From positions 5,195 to 69,194 of the IMG/VR virus record IMGVR_UViG_3300042549_002989: a stretch of DNA of 64,000 bases; one strand, written 5' to 3'. The notes beneath the pieces are model-generated. The model was given only the letters and a program-made list of their open reading frames with translations, was not told the DNA's origin and ran no database searches. This DNA comes from a virus. Shown one piece after another: positions 28,906-39,604 of this stretch (positions are counted from its first letter, which is position 1; every line of letters begins with the position of its first letter). A program made the position numbers and the translations under genes.

Positions 28906-29559
28906 ATGAGCGAGTTGCGTAGTCAAAAATACTGGCGTAACCGTGATCCTGAAGAGCGTGTGCGTAACACACACATACCTAAACGCTTTCGCCAAGACAC
29001 ACTAGACAACTACAAGACCACAGCAAACAATGCGACCACCTTGCAGTTGATTAACAAATGGCTGGAGTCTGTAGAAACTTATGTTGAAGACGGACAAGGT
29101 TTATACATTGTTGGTGGTAGTGGTTCGGGTAAGACACACTTAGCACAAGCAGTTCTTAAGCGTGCTGTGTACAAATACAACTTGTCAGGAATGTTCATTA
29201 CTGCTGACAAGTACATCCAGATGGCATACAACGAAATCAAGTTTGGTGATGAACTTCCTGAAGGTTACGAAGACCCAAACACAATGAAGTACCTACAAGA
29301 GACTTTTGACATTGTGGTTATTGACTCACTTGGTTCAGAGCGACCAACTGACTTTACAAAGCGCACAATTATTTCTTTGATTGAAAGTCGTTACCACGAG
29401 AAGTTAACCACCATTGTTACAACAACAATGAAACCATCAGCACTTGAACAGATGTATAGCGCAAGTGTTGCGTCAATTATTAAATCATGTTGTTATGTTG
29501 CCCCACTTAAAGGAGATGACTACCGCATTAGTCAGTGGATTGAAGAGAATGCAGGGTAA
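28906..29559 (+). CDS. DnaC/IstB-like AAA+ helicase loader
   Basis: IPKRF, Walker A GGSGSGKT, VVIDSLGSE, TIVTT and GDDYR motifs. Confidence 0.88.
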   Translation: MSELRSQKYWRNRDPEERVRNTHIPKRFRQDTLDNYKTTANNATTLQLINKWLESVETYVEDGQGLYIVGGSGSGKTHLAQAVLKRAVYKYNLSGMFITADKYIQMAYNEIKFGDELPEGYEDPNTMKYLQETFDIVVIDSLGSERPTDFTKRTIISLIESRYHEKLTTIVTTTMKPSALEQMYSASVASIIKSCCYVAPLKGDDYRISQWIEENAG

Positions 29560-29989
29560 CGACATATCAGAATTTGCATCCATTGCACAAGGCGTTGTTT
29601 TTGATGGGCTACTTGCGTCACCACCAGAAGGTGGTAGAGCATTTCTTGAATCAGTGCAACGCAGGCGCAACAACTGGGACGCAGTTATTCGTATGTGGGA
29701 ACCTAATGACATGCCATTGAAAGCATTGTCTGATTGTGTTAACCGTTTAGGTCTTGGCACAGATGTTTACACTTTTACACATCCAGATGCTGTGGATGCA
29801 ATTGATCGGTGGTTAATACGCAAAGGTATTAATTGCCCAGTGTATTATTATGAATCACCAGAAATGTTGGAATACGACTTGCGTTTTCAAAGAGCAGTGC
29901 GTATCATCTACACCTCTGATGAAGAAATTGCTCGCACCCTGGGAATTAGGTCCACTGTTGTTAGCCCTGACAAAGCATGGACACCATAA
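29549..29989 (+). CDS. Hypothetical protein (degenerate HAD-like fold)
   Basis: VVFDGLLA near the N-terminus; coupled to the helicase gene. Confidence 0.55.
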   Translation: MQGNDISEFASIAQGVVFDGLLASPPEGGRAFLESVQRRRNNWDAVIRMWEPNDMPLKALSDCVNRLGLGTDVYTFTHPDAVDAIDRWLIRKGINCPVYYYESPEMLEYDLRFQRAVRIIYTSDEEIARTLGIRSTVVSPDKAWTP

Positions 29990-31245
29990 TGGCAAGTAGC
30001 GAGCATCTTCTCTTAAGCAAGATAATTCAAACAGCAAGCCTGTCTGAAGTTATTGATGCAGGAGTTCGCCCCGACCATTTCAACTCAGATCTTGCAAATG
30101 TATTTATTTGGGTGCTTAGTTACTGGCGTGAGTACAGCGCTGTTCCTACACCCCGTGTCATTAAGCAAGAGTACGCAGACCTTCAATTACTAAACGCTGA
30201 GGCAGAACCATTCCCACGACTCATTGATGAGTTGTTCATGGCATACAAGCACAAGCATCTTGTACTTGCAGTAACTGCGGCTACGCCATCACTTAACAAT
30301 CAGCACACAGATGAAGCCGCAAAGATTCTTTCTGAAGGATTACAAAAAGCGGCTCTTGAAGTTGCACACCTTCGTGATGTTGACATTATTCAAACTTGGG
30401 AAAAGCGTATGGAGCGTTATCGCATTATGCGAGATACCCCAAACTCATTGCGAGGAATACCATCTGGCTTTGGTGGGCTAGACAAAATTACAGCAGGGTT
30501 TCGCCCACAGCAGTTGATTACCTTTGTTGGTGAAGCAAAGAAAGGTAAGTCATTGATGACACTCATCATGGCTAATGCGGCTCACAACCACGGCATTACG
30601 CCTATGTATGTTTCTTTTGAAATGAGTATTGAAGAGCAAGAGGCTCGCTATGACGCCATCGTTGCTGGCGTATCCCACACAAGAATTATGCGTGGCGATT
30701 TAAGCATGCAAGAACTAGAACGAATTGAAAAAGCCATTAAGGTTCGCAAAAACATGCACCCATTTATCATGACCGAAGATGCTTCGTCATTGACAACGGT
30801 CAGCGCAATCGCAGGGAAGATTCAGCAATACCGACCAGGTTTGGTAATTGTTGACGGTGTGTACTTGATGGATGATGAGAACGGTGAACCAAAAGGAAGC
30901 CCACAAGCGCTTACCAATATTACTCGTTCGCTTAAGCGCCTAGCACAGAAGTTTGATGTCCCACTTATCGGAACCACACAGGTACTATCGTGGAAACTTG
31001 GCAACAAGAAGTCTCGTCAGATATCTGCCGATTCAATTGGTTACACATCATCATTTGCTCAAGACTCAGATTTAATCTTGGGTGTTGAGTCAGACCCAGA
31101 TATTGATAACCAAGCAATCGTGCGTGTAGTTCTCGCAAGAACTGCACCTAAAGGTGAGATTCGTATTAAATGGGATTGGGACACAATGGACTTCACTGAA
31201 GTCGGAGAGGAAGGCAAGGATGGCAATGATGGCTGGTACTACTGA
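29989..31245 (+). CDS. DnaB-like replicative helicase
   Basis: GEAKKGKS Walker A, SFEMS, IVDGVYL and QDSD motifs. Confidence 0.92.
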   Translation: MASSEHLLLSKIIQTASLSEVIDAGVRPDHFNSDLANVFIWVLSYWREYSAVPTPRVIKQEYADLQLLNAEAEPFPRLIDELFMAYKHKHLVLAVTAATPSLNNQHTDEAAKILSEGLQKAALEVAHLRDVDIIQTWEKRMERYRIMRDTPNSLRGIPSGFGGLDKITAGFRPQQLITFVGEAKKGKSLMTLIMANAAHNHGITPMYVSFEMSIEEQEARYDAIVAGVSHTRIMRGDLSMQELERIEKAIKVRKNMHPFIMTEDASSLTTVSAIAGKIQQYRPGLVIVDGVYLMDDENGEPKGSPQALTNITRSLKRLAQKFDVPLIGTTQVLSWKLGNKKSRQISADSIGYTSSFAQDSDLILGVESDPDIDNQAIVRVVLARTAPKGEIRIKWDWDTMDFTEVGEEGKDGNDGWYY

Positions 31246-32119
31246 TCTTGGAGACTTTCTACTATCTATCGGAGTAGATGTTCGTAGAGCAGGTCAAGAA
31301 ATTTCTGCTCGGTGTCCTGTACACCTAGCACGCACAGGTAAAGAAGATAACTCCCCTTCGTGGTCTATGAACGCTGAGACAGGTCTATGGATTTGTTACT
31401 CGTGTGGTGCACGAGGCACTTTGCCACAACTCATTATGGAACTAACAGGTAAAGAAGATTTTGCTGTTACTGAAATGATTATGAACAACAATGTCCAACG
31501 GTTGCAGATGCCTGAATGGGAGCGCCGACCTGAAGTTGACCACCAGATGTACTTGCACTACCCAGAGGTTCCTAAAAACCGTTTAGCAAGTCGCAACATC
31601 ACAGCAGAAGCGGCTCGTAAACATGGTCTGCGTTGGAATGATAAAAACAACTCGTGGATTATCCCAATGGTTTCTTCCGAGGGAGATCTATTGGGCTGGC
31701 AAGAAAAAGGATTGAACTCCACATACAACCACCCAACAGGGGTACGCAAAGGTGACACCTTGTTCGGTATTGAACAGTTCAAGAGCACAACAGCAATACT
31801 CGTGGAATCACCATTAGATGTTGTTCGCTTTGCATCATCCTTTTCTGGCATTCAATGTCTAGGAACTTTTGGCGCACAAATTACAAAGAACCAATTACAA
31901 CTGGCGTACAGTGTTGCAGACAAAGTAATTGTTGCGATGGACAATGATGAAGCAGGTATTGCCAGCGCAAAAAAGATATTTAAAGATATGCCATTACTTA
32001 AAGGTGGTGTCTACTGGCTTCACTATGGTCATACAAAAGCAAAAGACCTTGGTGACATGACAGATGACGAGATTGAAATAGCAGTGGTTAACGCTTCCGT
32101 AATACCTTGGTGGCTGTAA
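31226..32119 (+). CDS. DNA primase (CHC2 zinc finger + TOPRIM)
   Basis: CPVH...CYSC; VESPLD; MDNDEAG; KDLGD. Confidence 0.9.
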   Translation: MMAGTTDLGDFLLSIGVDVRRAGQEISARCPVHLARTGKEDNSPSWSMNAETGLWICYSCGARGTLPQLIMELTGKEDFAVTEMIMNNNVQRLQMPEWERRPEVDHQMYLHYPEVPKNRLASRNITAEAARKHGLRWNDKNNSWIIPMVSSEGDLLGWQEKGLNSTYNHPTGVRKGDTLFGIEQFKSTTAILVESPLDVVRFASSFSGIQCLGTFGAQITKNQLQLAYSVADKVIVAMDNDEAGIASAKKIFKDMPLLKGGVYWLHYGHTKAKDLGDMTDDEIEIAVVNASVIPWWL

Positions 32120-33663
32120 TGTTTACAGGAAACTTATACCCATTTCAAGAAGAAGCCAGCCAGCGTATGGTTGACAAAGGACAGATGCTTTTAGCCATGG
32201 TTATGGGTGCTGGTAAAACAGTTACCACTATCTCTGCTTTAGAAGAATTGTTTGATTTAGGTGAGTTGGACAGAGTATTGATTGTTGTTCCAAGCAGTCT
32301 CAAGTATCAGTGGTTACGAGAAATTAAAAAGTTTACAAACTCGTCAGCCTGCGTTATTGACGGCCCACCTAAGCACCGTGAAATTATTTGGCGTTCAGCA
32401 TTGCGCTGTAAGTATGTCATTGTCAACCCAGAGACACTTCTTAACGATCAAACTTACTTGACACATCTTGGTGCAAACGCCATAGTAATTGACGAAGCCA
32501 CCATCATTAAGTCTCCTCGTGCCAAGCGTTCTAAGATGCTAAAGAAACTAGGAAAGAAGTTTCAATACAGATTTGCACTTACAGGTCAACCTATTGAAAA
32601 CAAGCCAGAAGAACTATTTTCAATAATGGAATTTGTTGACCCCAATGTGCTGGGTCGCTTTGATATCTTTGACCGTACTTTTATTGTGAGGAATCACTAC
32701 GGCGCTCCAATTCGTTATCGCAATTTAAGTTCTTTAAATGATTCTCTTTCTGAAGTGATGGTTCGCAAAACTCGTGAAGACATTCAAGACCAACTACCCA
32801 ATGTGATTACGCAGGTAGTGCCCATTCGGTTTGATACTGCTGGTGCGGCAATCTATGAGAAAATATGTAAAGACTTAATTGATGAAATCAATAAAGCAAT
32901 AACAAGTCACGGTCAAGGGTTTGACTTGTGGTCACACTACAACGGCGCAGGAGGTAATGATGCGCAAGGTCAAATCATGGCTAGGCTTACTGTACTTCGC
33001 ATGCTTTGCGATAATCCTCAGTTGGTGTTGGAATCTGCTAAGGCATATGATGATCCTTCACAGACGACAGAAGGTAGTCAGTACGCTTCAAACATTGTCA
33101 AAGCAGGCTGGCTCCCCCAGACCGTTAAGGCACCCAAACTAGACGCAGTCATAACCTACATTAAGGATGTATTAGATGAAGACCCGAATAACAAAGTGGT
33201 TCTATTCTCGTTCTTTAAAAAGAACCTACGGCTTATCCAGAAAGCAACTGAAGGATTTACGCAAAGCGTACTCTTCATGGGTGGTATGGACGCAAGCCAG
33301 AGAGACCTTGCCAAGCAAAGATTTGCCACCGATCCTGATGTTCGGCTCTTTCTATCGTCTGATGCGGGAGGTTATGGCGTGGACTTACCACAGGCCAATT
33401 ACCTTATCTCTTACGACCTCCCTTGGTCGGCTGGAAAACTGGACCAAAGAGAAGCCCGAATAATCAGATTATCTTCAACACACCCCCATGTCACAATTAC
33501 AGCATTCGTAATGAAGGGATCTATTGAAGAAAGGCAGTATGAAATGCTGATGCAAAAGCGTGGAATTAACTCTGCATTCCTTGATGGAAATTATGACAAT
33601 CAAGGTAAGTTTGAACTCTCATTGGGCACCTTGTCCGATTTTTTAAAAAACACAGAGGTATAA
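32119..33663 (+). CDS. SNF2-family helicase/ATPase
   Basis: MGAGKT, DEAT, LTGQP, GGYGVDL and QREARI motifs. Confidence 0.9.
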   Translation: MFTGNLYPFQEEASQRMVDKGQMLLAMVMGAGKTVTTISALEELFDLGELDRVLIVVPSSLKYQWLREIKKFTNSSACVIDGPPKHREIIWRSALRCKYVIVNPETLLNDQTYLTHLGANAIVIDEATIIKSPRAKRSKMLKKLGKKFQYRFALTGQPIENKPEELFSIMEFVDPNVLGRFDIFDRTFIVRNHYGAPIRYRNLSSLNDSLSEVMVRKTREDIQDQLPNVITQVVPIRFDTAGAAIYEKICKDLIDEINKAITSHGQGFDLWSHYNGAGGNDAQGQIMARLTVLRMLCDNPQLVLESAKAYDDPSQTTEGSQYASNIVKAGWLPQTVKAPKLDAVITYIKDVLDEDPNNKVVLFSFFKKNLRLIQKATEGFTQSVLFMGGMDASQRDLAKQRFATDPDVRLFLSSDAGGYGVDLPQANYLISYDLPWSAGKLDQREARIIRLSSTHPHVTITAFVMKGSIEERQYEMLMQKRGINSAFLDGNYDNQGKFELSLGTLSDFLKNTEV

Positions 33664-33668
33664 GAAAT

Positions 33669-33896
33669 ATGAATACGCTTTCAACACACGAATATCCAGA
33701 AGTTCTTAGGGATTTGTCCGATTGGTTGGACGAAAGTCAAACCGCAGAACTCTTTGATTTGGATACACCAGAACTTCCACATTCCAAAGAAATCATTCTT
33801 GAAGTTCTTACAGAACTTGTTTGCCAAGTGTATGGTTCAGTATCAATCGCTACAGAACATGACGGTTCCTTTACTTTGGTAGGTTCAGCAGAATGA
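33669..33896 (+). CDS. Small acidic hypothetical protein
   Basis: 75 aa, ATGA overlap with the next gene. Confidence 0.55.
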   Translation: MNTLSTHEYPEVLRDLSDWLDESQTAELFDLDTPELPHSKEIILEVLTELVCQVYGSVSIATEHDGSFTLVGSAE

Positions 33897-34279
33897 CTAC
33901 TCCAGACTATTACGAGAAACTTGCACAAGAGTTTAAGAAGTCTAAAGAAGCAATTGATAACTTAACCAAGCGTCAGAATGCTATGAAGGCAGAACTCATT
34001 GATGCCATCCAAACAAACGGCTACGAAGACAACAAGGGTCACAAGTGGTTCAAAGTTGGAGACTTGGAGTTGAAATATGAACGCCGTGTTTCTCGCTCGT
34101 TTGATATGGATGAAGCAACTGCTTGGGCAAAAGAAAATGGTCATTGGGATGCAATCAAAGAAGTTGTAGAAATGCTGAGTGAAGACAAACTTCTAGGACT
34201 TGCTTGGAACAACAAAGAATTAGAAGAAGTGATTCAAGGTTTTTATTACGAAAAAGAATCTTGGGCTTTTAAAGCATGA
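33893..34279 (+). CDS. Gam/Gp157-like coiled-coil protein
   Basis: N-terminal coiled coil followed by a beta region; resembles 51717-52106. Confidence 0.5.
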   Translation: MTTPDYYEKLAQEFKKSKEAIDNLTKRQNAMKAELIDAIQTNGYEDNKGHKWFKVGDLELKYERRVSRSFDMDEATAWAKENGHWDAIKEVVEMLSEDKLLGLAWNNKELEEVIQGFYYEKESWAFKA

Positions 34280-34725
34280 AAGATGTTCTTGATCTTTTTG
34301 GGGAACTTCCAGATTTTCCTGGAAAAACTAAACCAAAAAATAGACCTGAAGGTATTCCAAAGAAAGCAATGGATGACCCATTCGTGGGTGTTCCTAAAAA
34401 GACAGCAGTTATTAATGGTAAAACAATTGATTTGTACACCATTGGAGCGCTTGCAAGTATTGTTGGGCGCAAGTCACAAACAGTACGCAAATGGGAACGC
34501 AAAGGTTGGATTCCTTCACCGACATATCGGACATCAAAAGCATCTGGTGCCGAGTTGTTAAACACAGATCGTAAGGGCTATCGTCTTTACTCCCGTGAAC
34601 AAGTTGAAACAGTGCTTGAAGCACTAGAACTTAACGGGCTACTAGGTACTCGCAATGGGAGTTGGCAAGAAGCCAATAACTGGGTATCTTTCATATCACA
34701 CATACAGGCCAACTGGCCAAAATAA
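34276..34725 (+). CDS. MerR-like HTH DNA-binding protein
   Basis: YTIGALASIVGRKSQTVRKWERKGWIP...YRLYS. Confidence 0.85.
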   Translation: MKDVLDLFGELPDFPGKTKPKNRPEGIPKKAMDDPFVGVPKKTAVINGKTIDLYTIGALASIVGRKSQTVRKWERKGWIPSPTYRTSKASGAELLNTDRKGYRLYSREQVETVLEALELNGLLGTRNGSWQEANNWVSFISHIQANWPK

Positions 34726-34745
34726 TAAACACAGGAGAGCAAACA

Positions 34746-35477
34746 ATGCCAAACTTAGATAACACAAAGGGAAGATGGGATGACGAATTTGAGGACGATG
34801 AGCAAGAGTTCACCGCACCAGCAAAAGCGCCACAATCAACTGGGCTAACACGCACAGCACGACCAGAATCAACAGATTCCGATGAACAAGCGCCACGCAA
34901 AGTTGTGCGCAGTGGTTGGGGCAGTGCAGACCGTACTTCTTCAAGCAGTGATGAGTTTGCAAAGCGTCTTAAAGTTACTGATGAGATTCAAATCATTAAG
35001 TTCATTGAAGACCAACCATACGCTCGTTACCGTCAGCATTGGGTAGAGCGCAAAGGACAGATGTCGTTTACTTGCATTTCCGATGCAGACACCACATGCC
35101 CACTCTGCGAAGCAGGGAATCGCCCATCATGGCGCTTCAACTTCAATGTGGTTCTCTTGACCCCAGGAGAAGAGCCAGTGCTTCGTTCATACGAAGTTGG
35201 TGCACGAGTAATTGACTCACTTAAGAACTTCAACGATCACCCAGCAATGGGACCACTCTCTAAGCACTACTGGACAGTGTCTCGTAGTGGTAAGGGTGCA
35301 ACCACCTCAACCAACCACCAGATGGTGCGTGAGACTGACTTGGGTGATTGGAGCCTTGAGGCGCTAACTAAAGAGGAACTTAAGCATTTCTCTGGTACTG
35401 CCTACACAGACGACATCATCAGAACGCCATCTCGTAAGACATTGGCAGAAGTGGCTCTTGAAGTCCAGTCTGACTGA
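34746..35477 (+). CDS. Single-stranded DNA-binding protein (T4 gp32-like)
   Basis: QHW...C...CPLC zinc motif, SRSGKG; directly before the polymerase. Confidence 0.75.
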   Translation: MPNLDNTKGRWDDEFEDDEQEFTAPAKAPQSTGLTRTARPESTDSDEQAPRKVVRSGWGSADRTSSSSDEFAKRLKVTDEIQIIKFIEDQPYARYRQHWVERKGQMSFTCISDADTTCPLCEAGNRPSWRFNFNVVLLTPGEEPVLRSYEVGARVIDSLKNFNDHPAMGPLSKHYWTVSRSGKGATTSTNHQMVRETDLGDWSLEALTKEELKHFSGTAYTDDIIRTPSRKTLAEVALEVQSD

Positions 35478-37522
35478 TGAACTACAGCGTTGTTAAAACG
35501 CTTGATGAAGTACGGGAAGCCGTAGCCGTTATTCAAGCCCACGGGTCTTTTGCATTTGATGTGGAGACCCGTGGTAACTTGGAGCGACACCCCGATCTCA
35601 TTGAGTTTGTGGACAAGGAGTGGAAAGAACACTTGTCCAAGTTAAAGAGTCCTACACCTGAAATTGCACGAAAGGCTCGTGACATTGTAGAGGCTCGCTA
35701 CCGTGGCAATCTTGCCCTTGACCCAAAGCGTAATGAAGTCTTTTGGATTGCATTAGCCACACATGGTCATTCATGGGCAATACCTATGGGTCATAATCTT
35801 GGTGTCATTTTGATACCAGAAGAAGTTGGTGACGGTACAACTATTCCACCTGTGGGCTACCGTAAGTTGCTTAAAAACGGTGAAGAATCAATAGCGAAAT
35901 CTCGTTATGTGATTCCTGCTGTACATGATGAACCACCAGAGCAGTTAAACCGAACAGAAGTTTTAGAGGTACTGCGTCCTTTGTTCTTTAGCGATCTTAT
36001 AAAAATTGGGCACAATGTTAAGTTTGATGCTCGTTCCATTGGTAAGTATTACGGAGAACTACCACACGGACCATTTGCTGACACTATCTTGATGCAACAC
36101 ATCCTTGACGAAAACCTAATGAGTTACTCAATGGAACAGGTTGTCAAGAATGTCTACAAGACTAACTCCCATGGTCGTGAAGGCAAGTTGGGCGCAATTA
36201 TTGACAGAGTTCCTTTTGACAAAGCGGCTAGGTATGTACACCTTGACGCTCGTTGGACATGGTTGTTGTACACCCACTTATGGCGTGGAATTGCTAACCA
36301 AGAAGATTTACTGTCAGCATTTGAACTTGACTCAAAGGTGCTTCGTGTCCTCATGGAGATGGAAGATAACGGCATCTTGGTTGACAGTCGTGCCCTTAAG
36401 AAATTGGGTAAGGAACTAGACACAAAACTTCGTGAAATTATCTTGGGCATCAGCGAGTATGCCTTTATTGGTTTTAACCCTGACTCCAACCCACACAAGC
36501 AAGCACTGTTGTTTAACAAGAAGCGTGAAGGTGGCTTGGCACTAAAGCCAGTTAAGAAGACTGCTAAGGGTGCACCATCTGTAGATGAAGAATCACTACA
36601 GAAGTTAAAGACACATCACCCAGTAGTTCCATTGTTGTTGGAATACTCTGAAACTCAAAAACTAAAAACAACATATGTAGAAAGCCTTATACCAAAGTTA
36701 AACCAAAGCAGGCTTCACCCATCATTTCACCTGCATCGCACTGCTACAGGTCGCTTGTCCTCAAGTAACCCAAACCTTCAGAACATCCCACGATCATCTA
36801 GCATTCGCAGTTTGTTTGTGGCACCTGAAGGACACCAGTTGCTAGTGGCTGACTATGACCAAATTGAACTTCGTGTAATGGCAATGTTCTCACAAGATAA
36901 ACAAATGGTGCGTATCTTTAATAACAATGAAGACATTCACACAGGAGCCGCCGCTCTGTTGTTTAAGAAGACCCAGTCGGAAGTAACTGACGAAGAGCGC
37001 CAGATTGGTAAGGGAGTTAACTTCTTAACAGCGTATGGTGGTGGACCACATAAGTTAGCCAACCTCACAGGAATTGAGGTAGATGATGCTCGCAACATGA
37101 TTGACCAGTATTACAAACAGTTTTCTGGGTTGACAGAATGGAAACGGCGCATTATTGAGACAGGTCGCAGAACAGGTTATGTATCCACCATTTCAGGACG
37201 CAGACGCAGATTGACAGACTTGAGTTCATCAGATGATTTCACCCGTTCTCGTGCAGAGCGCCAAGCAGTTAACGCTGTAGTGCAGGGATCAGCGGCTGAT
37301 ATCTGTAAACAAGCAATGATTGACATTGCAGAGATGTTGAAAGGAACTGGTGCTAACCTTCTAGTACAAGTGCATGACGAACTGGTGGTATCTGTGCCTG
37401 AAGACATTCTTGAAGACCTTAAGCCAAAGTTCATTACGGCTATGGGACATGACCGAATCATTGATGGCGTGCCATTACTTGTGTCTTGTGACTCTGCCTA
37501 CAGTTGGGCAGATGCCAAGTGA
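35477..37522 (+). CDS. polA: DNA polymerase family A (3'-5' exonuclease + polymerase)
   Basis: DVET, HNVKFD, TGRLSSSNPNLQNIP, ADYDQIELR, KGVNFLTAYG and QVHDE motifs. Confidence 0.95.
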   Translation: MNYSVVKTLDEVREAVAVIQAHGSFAFDVETRGNLERHPDLIEFVDKEWKEHLSKLKSPTPEIARKARDIVEARYRGNLALDPKRNEVFWIALATHGHSWAIPMGHNLGVILIPEEVGDGTTIPPVGYRKLLKNGEESIAKSRYVIPAVHDEPPEQLNRTEVLEVLRPLFFSDLIKIGHNVKFDARSIGKYYGELPHGPFADTILMQHILDENLMSYSMEQVVKNVYKTNSHGREGKLGAIIDRVPFDKAARYVHLDARWTWLLYTHLWRGIANQEDLLSAFELDSKVLRVLMEMEDNGILVDSRALKKLGKELDTKLREIILGISEYAFIGFNPDSNPHKQALLFNKKREGGLALKPVKKTAKGAPSVDEESLQKLKTHHPVVPLLLEYSETQKLKTTYVESLIPKLNQSRLHPSFHLHRTATGRLSSSNPNLQNIPRSSSIRSLFVAPEGHQLLVADYDQIELRVMAMFSQDKQMVRIFNNNEDIHTGAAALLFKKTQSEVTDEERQIGKGVNFLTAYGGGPHKLANLTGIEVDDARNMIDQYYKQFSGLTEWKRRIIETGRRTGYVSTISGRRRRLTDLSSSDDFTRSRAERQAVNAVVQGSAADICKQAMIDIAEMLKGTGANLLVQVHDELVVSVPEDILEDLKPKFITAMGHDRIIDGVPLLVSCDSAYSWADAK

Positions 37523-37869
37523 GCGCCTTAGACAAGAGAATGTACTACCTCATGCTTTCACCAGCGTTAGGACAGTCTTTTGCAAACAGTGCTGGGTTCT
37601 CTATTCCTTCTGAAGAAGTACAGGAAGCAGAAACCTACGAAGTTATTTCCCGTTGGGCATTACTCACATCAATGGGATTACTTGAAAGTATAATTCAAGC
37701 GTCTGATTGGTTTTGCGAACTACGAGAACTTAGTGATGTACCACTAGATGACAAAGAAGAATTTCATCGCACTTTGGTGTCACATGGTGTTTCTTTAGTT
37801 AATAATTTATTGGATTCCGAAAAAGTTATTTTAGTAATGGAAATAGACGAGGAGATTGACGATGAGTGA
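37519..37869 (+). CDS. Hypothetical protein
   Basis: GTGA-coupled ORF. Confidence 0.6.
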   Translation: MSALDKRMYYLMLSPALGQSFANSAGFSIPSEEVQEAETYEVISRWALLTSMGLLESIIQASDWFCELRELSDVPLDDKEEFHRTLVSHGVSLVNNLLDSEKVILVMEIDEEIDDE

Positions 37870-38254
37870 CTGGTGGTCAAAAAAACTTGTTGGGCAACAA
37901 CCAACACCACAGAGGACTTACCAAACTCCACCTGTATCCCCACCGATGACCATACCTATGCAATCACCTCAACAACAGGCGCCTGCACAGCAACAGTCTG
38001 GTAGACAAGACCTTCTTGATCCGTCAAGAGCACCCACGGACAACATCACTATGGGTGAAGCACTTCGTTTGTGGCAAGGTGGGGAAGCGATGCGCAAAGA
38101 AGGTAACATGTCCTGCCCTGACTGTGGAAGCATTTATGTATTCTCCCGTACAGGCAGGGGACACAACACAATGGTTAACGGAGCCAGTCCAGCACCACGC
38201 TGTTATGAGTGTGGTTGGAATGGAATGTATGACCAAGCACAACCAAGAGGATAA
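37862..38254 (+). CDS. Zinc-ribbon protein
   Basis: CPDCGS...RCYECG. Confidence 0.7.
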   Translation: MSDWWSKKLVGQQPTPQRTYQTPPVSPPMTIPMQSPQQQAPAQQQSGRQDLLDPSRAPTDNITMGEALRLWQGGEAMRKEGNMSCPDCGSIYVFSRTGRGHNTMVNGASPAPRCYECGWNGMYDQAQPRG

Positions 38255-38255
38255 A

Positions 38256-39275
38256 ATGGCAGACTACGAATCACTACAATCAATAATTGCATCTATTAAC
38301 AAGAAGAGTGGGGCAGGAAGCATTGTCCGTGGCTCTGACATTCGTGAGATGATCCCTCGCATTACAACAGGTGTATTGTCATACGACCTTATGCTTGGGG
38401 GTGGCTGGCCTGTAAACCAATGGAGTGAAATCATTGGTGAAGAGTCATCAGGTAAGACTGCTATGGCATACAAGACAATTGCGGCTAACCAAGCACTTGA
38501 CCCTGAGTTCTGCGCTTTATGGATTGCGGCTGAAGACTTCGTGCCTGACTATGCAAAATCAATTGGTGTAGACCTTGACCGTCTTTGGATTGTTGAGAAC
38601 AACATCATGGAGCAGGTGTATGACCTTGCTATTCGTGCATTGGACAACCGTGCTGTTGACATGATTGTTATTGACTCATTGCCTGCTCTTATTCCAGACG
38701 CAGAAGCAGAGAAGATGATGGAAGAGTTCACCATGGGTCTTGGTGCTCGTCTTACTGGAAAGTTCTTCCGTAAGTCCTCTAAGTCACAGAAGCGCTCTCT
38801 TGTTGATGAAGATCGTGGGTGTACAGGTCTTATCATTAACCAATGGCGTGAGAAGATTGGTGTCATGTGGGGAGACAATCGCACAACACCAGGTGGCAAG
38901 GCAAAGAACTTCCATTACTTCTGCCGTGTAGAAGTTAAGCGTGATGAGTGGCTCAAAGAGAAAGACGAAACTGTGGGTCAAACCATCAAGGGTCGTACTA
39001 TTAAGAACAAGACACACCGTCCTCAACAGAGTGCCGTTGTTGACTTCTACTTCACAGATTCAGAACACTTTTCATTTGGTTCATTTGATGTTATTAAAGA
39101 CATGGTGAATATTGGTATTGCATCTGGTCTCATTGAGCGTGCAGGTGCATTTTACTCGTATGACGGACAACGCTGGCAAGGTAAAGAAAAAGTGCTAGAC
39201 GGTATCCGTGAGGATCTTGACTTACAAGCCAAACTACACGATGAAGTGTTTAACAAATACGGTATTGAATCATGA
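38256..39275 (+). CDS. recA: RecA-like recombinase
   Basis: GEESSGKT, VIDSL, INQWREKIGV, TTPGG and GAFYSY motifs. Confidence 0.93.
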   Translation: MADYESLQSIIASINKKSGAGSIVRGSDIREMIPRITTGVLSYDLMLGGGWPVNQWSEIIGEESSGKTAMAYKTIAANQALDPEFCALWIAAEDFVPDYAKSIGVDLDRLWIVENNIMEQVYDLAIRALDNRAVDMIVIDSLPALIPDAEAEKMMEEFTMGLGARLTGKFFRKSSKSQKRSLVDEDRGCTGLIINQWREKIGVMWGDNRTTPGGKAKNFHYFCRVEVKRDEWLKEKDETVGQTIKGRTIKNKTHRPQQSAVVDFYFTDSEHFSFGSFDVIKDMVNIGIASGLIERAGAFYSYDGQRWQGKEKVLDGIREDLDLQAKLHDEVFNKYGIES

Positions 39276-39604
39276 CATTCGGCGCTGATGAAAAGCGCAG
39301 TATCATGAAGCAATCTAAGAAGCAGGAACAGCGTACTGCCAACACTTACAAAGGTAGTCGCAATGCTGGTTCAGGTAGTGGTTGGTTGCGAAAGAATGAT
39401 GTTCGTTCTATAGAGTTTTTATTTGAAAACAAACTGACTATTAATAAGAAATCAATTACCTTAAAAGAAATTGACCTTCGTGAATTAATAGCGCGAGCCA
39501 TTACAGAAGACCGTACCCCTGTGTTGCAGTTTGATCTTGCTGGGCGTAGGTATGTTGTTTTAACCGAAGACGACTTTGTAGAAATGATTGGTAAAAATGA
39601 TTAA
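39272..39604 (+). CDS. PD-(D/E)XK Holliday junction resolvase-like nuclease
   Basis: QE...GSGSG..KNDV...ENK. Confidence 0.75.
   Translation: MTFGADEKRSIMKQSKKQEQRTANTYKGSRNAGSGSGWLRKNDVRSIEFLFENKLTINKKSITLKEIDLRELIARAITEDRTPVLQFDLAGRRYVVLTEDDFVEMIGKND

Noticed and set aside
35560-35960. Intein or intron in the polymerase exonuclease domain
   Set aside because: The insertions are short, in frame, and lack C/S...HN splice motifs or homing-endonuclease signatures.
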